64,000 nucleotides of DNA from Pseudomonadota bacterium (GTDB lineage Bacteria; Pseudomonadota; Alphaproteobacteria; MPNO01; UBA2964): contig JAYZFG010000016.1 in NCBI GenBank assembly GCA_036336885.1, forward strand, positions 74,524-138,523, read 5' to 3'. Of this stretch, positions 61,695 to 64,000 are shown one piece after another; positions within the stretch are counted from its first letter, which is position 1, and every line of letters starts with the position of its first letter. The position numbers and the translations under genes are program-made. The notes below the pieces were generated by a model that saw nothing but the letters and a program-made list of their open reading frames with translations, searched no databases and was not told the origin of the DNA.

Positions 61695-62453
61695 CTAAAT
61701 TGCATTATAGGCGCCGTCCACGAAGCAGTCATTACCTGACATAAAACTAGACTCGTCGCTCGCTAAAAAGACAGCCGTTTTGGCAATTTCTTCTGGTTGT
61801 CCCAATCTTGCGGCGGGCAAATGAGGTCGGTGACGTTCTATGACGTCATCCATATTTTTGTTGGCGATTAGTAGCCTCGGTGTTTCTATCGGGCCCGGTA
61901 AAATCGAATTTGCACGAATATTGTATTCTGCGTAATCCACAGCGACGGATTTTGAGAGCATACGAACAGCACCCTTTGAAGAACAGTAGGCCGGCCTGTT
62001 TCTGGCGGCACGAGCTCCATAAATCGAGGAGACATTAATGAAGGACCCGCCGCCAGCATCCAGCATACGGGGTATCGCATACTTTGTGACAATGAACATA
62101 CCAGTGATATTTACATCAAAGGTCTTACGCCAGAGGTCAATATCTAACTCATGAAGCGGGAGTAGTGGATCCGCGAATGCCGCAGCGTTAAATACCACGT
62201 TGAGCTTCCCAAATGTCTCAACTGTCTTTGCAATAGCAGCTTCCACGGCGGCGCCATCTGTTACATCGCAGACAACCGGAATGGCTATTCCACCGGCTGC
62301 GTTAATATCTTCGACTGTTTTGTTCACATTTTCTTCAGCTATATCAACGCAAACGACGACGGCTCCCTCCTTTCCAAATAGTCTTGCGGTGGCGCCGGCT
62401 ATCGCCCCCCCGGCAGCAGTGACGAACGCAATTTTTCCTTTAAGGCGTGCCAT
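61695..62453 (-). CDS. Short-chain dehydrogenase/reductase (tandem copy 1)
   Basis: TAAGGAIAGA, NAAA, S...Y..SKGA, PGPIETP. 252 aa. Confidence 0.85.
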   Translation of the reverse strand: MARLKGKIAFVTAAGGAIAGATARLFGKEGAVVVCVDIAEENVNKTVEDINAAGGIAIPVVCDVTDGAAVEAAIAKTVETFGKLNVVFNAAAFADPLLPLHELDIDLWRKTFDVNITGMFIVTKYAIPRMLDAGGGSFINVSSIYGARAARNRPAYCSSKGAVRMLSKSVAVDYAEYNIRANSILPGPIETPRLLIANKNMDDVIERHRPHLPAARLGQPEEIAKTAVFLASDESSFMSGNDCFVDGAYNAI

Positions 62454-62469
62454 GAAACGTACTCCTCAA

Positions 62470-63228
62470 TTAGAAGGCGGTATAGGCGGCGTCGACCACC
62501 ATATCCGCTCCGGAGGTAAAACTCGCGTCATCACTTGCCAGAAACAAAGCAGTCTGGGCAATTTCTTCAGGTTTACCGAGGCGTTTTTGATGTAGGCGTG
62601 TTCCGTGGCGTTCAATGACAGCTTCAATCGATGGGTTTCGGGCCAGGAGGCGAGGGGTTTCGATCGGTCCCGGCATTATTGAGTTTGCCCGGATATTGTC
62701 TGCTGCGTAGTCGACAGCAATAGATTTGGACAGCATGCGAACGCCACCTTTGGCTGCGCAGTATGCTGGGCGTTCTTTCGCGCCCACGACACCATATATT
62801 GAAGAAACGTTGATAATTGAACCTCCTCCGGTCGTTTGCATTTCTGGAATCACGTGACGCGCGACAATAAACATACCTGTTAGATTAACATCAATAACGT
62901 TTTTCCACATATCAAGCGGCATTTCAGCGAGGCGATGGCGTTTCTCGGAATAGGCAGCTGCATTAAAGCACACGTTCAGTTTTCCAAATTCCGTAACAGT
63001 TTTTTTTACTGCGGTTTTCACCGCATCGTCATCTGTTACGTCACACTTCAAAGCCATTGCGTTACCGCCTGCTGCGTTGATGTCCGAGGCCGTTTGTTTA
63101 ACATTTTCTTCGACAATATCCACACAGCAAACCGCTGCTCCCTCCTTACCAAAAAGTCTTGCCGTAGCCCCCGCAATTGCACCACCAGATGCTGTTACGA
63201 AGGCAACTTTTCCATCAAGCCGTCCCAT
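62470..63228 (-). CDS. Short-chain dehydrogenase/reductase (tandem copy 2)
   Basis: 252 aa, colinear with copy 1 and identical at roughly two thirds of positions by eye. Confidence 0.85.
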   Translation of the reverse strand: MGRLDGKVAFVTASGGAIAGATARLFGKEGAAVCCVDIVEENVKQTASDINAAGGNAMALKCDVTDDDAVKTAVKKTVTEFGKLNVCFNAAAYSEKRHRLAEMPLDMWKNVIDVNLTGMFIVARHVIPEMQTTGGGSIINVSSIYGVVGAKERPAYCAAKGGVRMLSKSIAVDYAADNIRANSIMPGPIETPRLLARNPSIEAVIERHGTRLHQKRLGKPEEIAQTALFLASDDASFTSGADMVVDAAYTAF

Positions 63229-63259
63229 TTATTTCTCCTCTGTAAATTATTTATTAATG

Positions 63260-64000
63260 TTAGATCGCGGTAAAACCGCCATCAACGAAGACATCCGTTC
63301 CGGTCATGAAGCTGGATTGATCACTTGCCAGGAAAGCTGCTGCATTAGCTATATCCTCGGGTTGCCCTAAACGTCCGATGGGATGCAGTGGGACCATCCG
63401 TTCCCGCACCTTTTCCATTGTCGGCGTCCGCGCCAAGAGTCGGTTTGTCTCGATAGCGCCTGGCAGAATACTATTTGCGCGAATGTTATCTGAAGCAAAA
63501 TCGAGTGCAATAGACTTGGTCAGTTGTCTTACGGCACCCTTTGTTGCCATGTAAGCAGGGCGTTGAGGCCAGGCAATGTGACCAAACGTTGAGGAAATAT
63601 TAATAAACTGACCGCCACCTGCCACTTGCATATGAGGTATGGCGTGTTTGGCTATAAGAAACATCCCGGTGATGTTAACGTCTAAAACTTCCTGCCAAAC
63701 CTCAATTGGCATATCTGCTACAGTATGAAGGGGCTCTGATGCTGCTGCTGCGTTAACGACTACTTCGAGTTTGCCGAAGATAGAGGCAGTTTCATTAACA
63801 CAGGTCTTGGCCTCTGTTTCGCTGGCCACGTTACAAATTTTTGCAATCGCTGTTCCCCCTTCTTTTTCAATATCAGTGACTGTCTGATTGACTGTGTTTT
63901 CATTAATGTCAACACAGCATACTTTGGCACCTTCCGCCGCAAATCTCCGAGCAATAGCCCCGGCTATCCCACCGCCTGCGGCTGTTACCAGAGAAACTTT
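63260..64000 (-). CDS. Short-chain dehydrogenase/reductase (tandem copy 3; 5' end outside the window)
   Basis: The frame stays open to the right window edge: ...KVSLVTAAGGGIAGAIARRFAAEGAKVCCVDINE... continues into the ORF-track fragment 63260-63829, whose listed M is an internal GTG codon. Confidence 0.85.
   Translation of the reverse strand, partial: KVSLVTAAGGGIAGAIARRFAAEGAKVCCVDINENTVNQTVTDIEKEGGTAIAKICNVASETEAKTCVNETASIFGKLEVVVNAAAASEPLHTVADMPIEVWQEVLDVNITGMFLIAKHAIPHMQVAGGGQFINISSTFGHIAWPQRPAYMATKGAVRQLTKSIALDFASDNIRANSILPGAIETNRLLARTPTMEKVRERMVPLHPIGRLGQPEDIANAAAFLASDQSSFMTGTDVFVDGGFTAI

Noticed and set aside
1-64000. Mobile elements, integrases, tRNA or tmRNA attachment sites, CRISPR arrays, rRNA, and long direct or terminal inverted repeats.
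   Set aside because: I found no such genes or repeat architecture on either strand. The intergenic regions are short (mostly under 320 bp, the largest about 460 bp upstream of nrdA). They contain only the hairpins, palindromes and box repeats reported above.

Overview
This is a gene-dense chromosomal segment of about 60 CDS on both strands with moderate G+C. It is most likely alphaproteobacterial: it has an ALAS-type hemA, RHH_4-like and DUF3553-like small proteins and a Cys-poor DksA. A marine lineage is plausible from the MntX-like transporter, but that is inference only. I found no rRNA, tRNA, CRISPR array, transposase, integrase or phage structural gene, so nothing marks a classical mobile island.

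Content by block:
1. 0-4.4 kb: housekeeping and repair genes (two RidA, a GlcD/D-lactate dehydrogenase-like flavoprotein, a Mug-like glycosylase, hemA).
2. 4.5-13.9 kb: molybdenum cofactor plus NAD-linked formate dehydrogenase cluster (moaA, fdhD, mobA, a Mop-less modE-like regulator, fdsA, fused fdsG/B). It carries a perfect 48-bp palindrome with a ModE-type Mo-box, an intercalated low-GC GIY-YIG-like ORF, an intercalated amidohydrolase, and a 59-aa DUF3553-like ORF that falls below the ORF-track cutoff.
3. 14.3 kb: dksA.
4. 14.7-39.9 kb: a mosaic of aromatic-acid catabolic genes. These include a PhtD-like decarboxylase, an orphan TctC-like binding protein, a UbiD-family decarboxylase, a VanA-like Rieske oxygenase, two tandem acyl-CoA ligases, boxC-boxB without boxA, a benzoate-CoA ligase-like gene, LigI/LigJ-like hydrolases and an HpcH aldolase. 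An MntR / putative Mn transporter pair interrupts the block.
5. 40-43.3 kb: nrdAB, preceded by three helically phased DnaA-type boxes and tandem NrdR boxes.
6. 43.4-45.2 kb: a lone SF2 helicase with a Zn ribbon and an uncharacterised C-terminal domain.
7. 46.4-55.3 kb: a CoA-dependent acid degradation cluster. Its thiolase-fold protein and DUF35 partner both appear to lack their canonical catalytic or Zn residues.
8. 55.3-64 kb: a Mo-hydroxylase operon ending in a periplasmic PCuAC copper chaperone, then enolase-superfamily and MBL genes and three tandem SDR paralogues.

All functional calls rest on by-eye motif recognition. No database search was possible.
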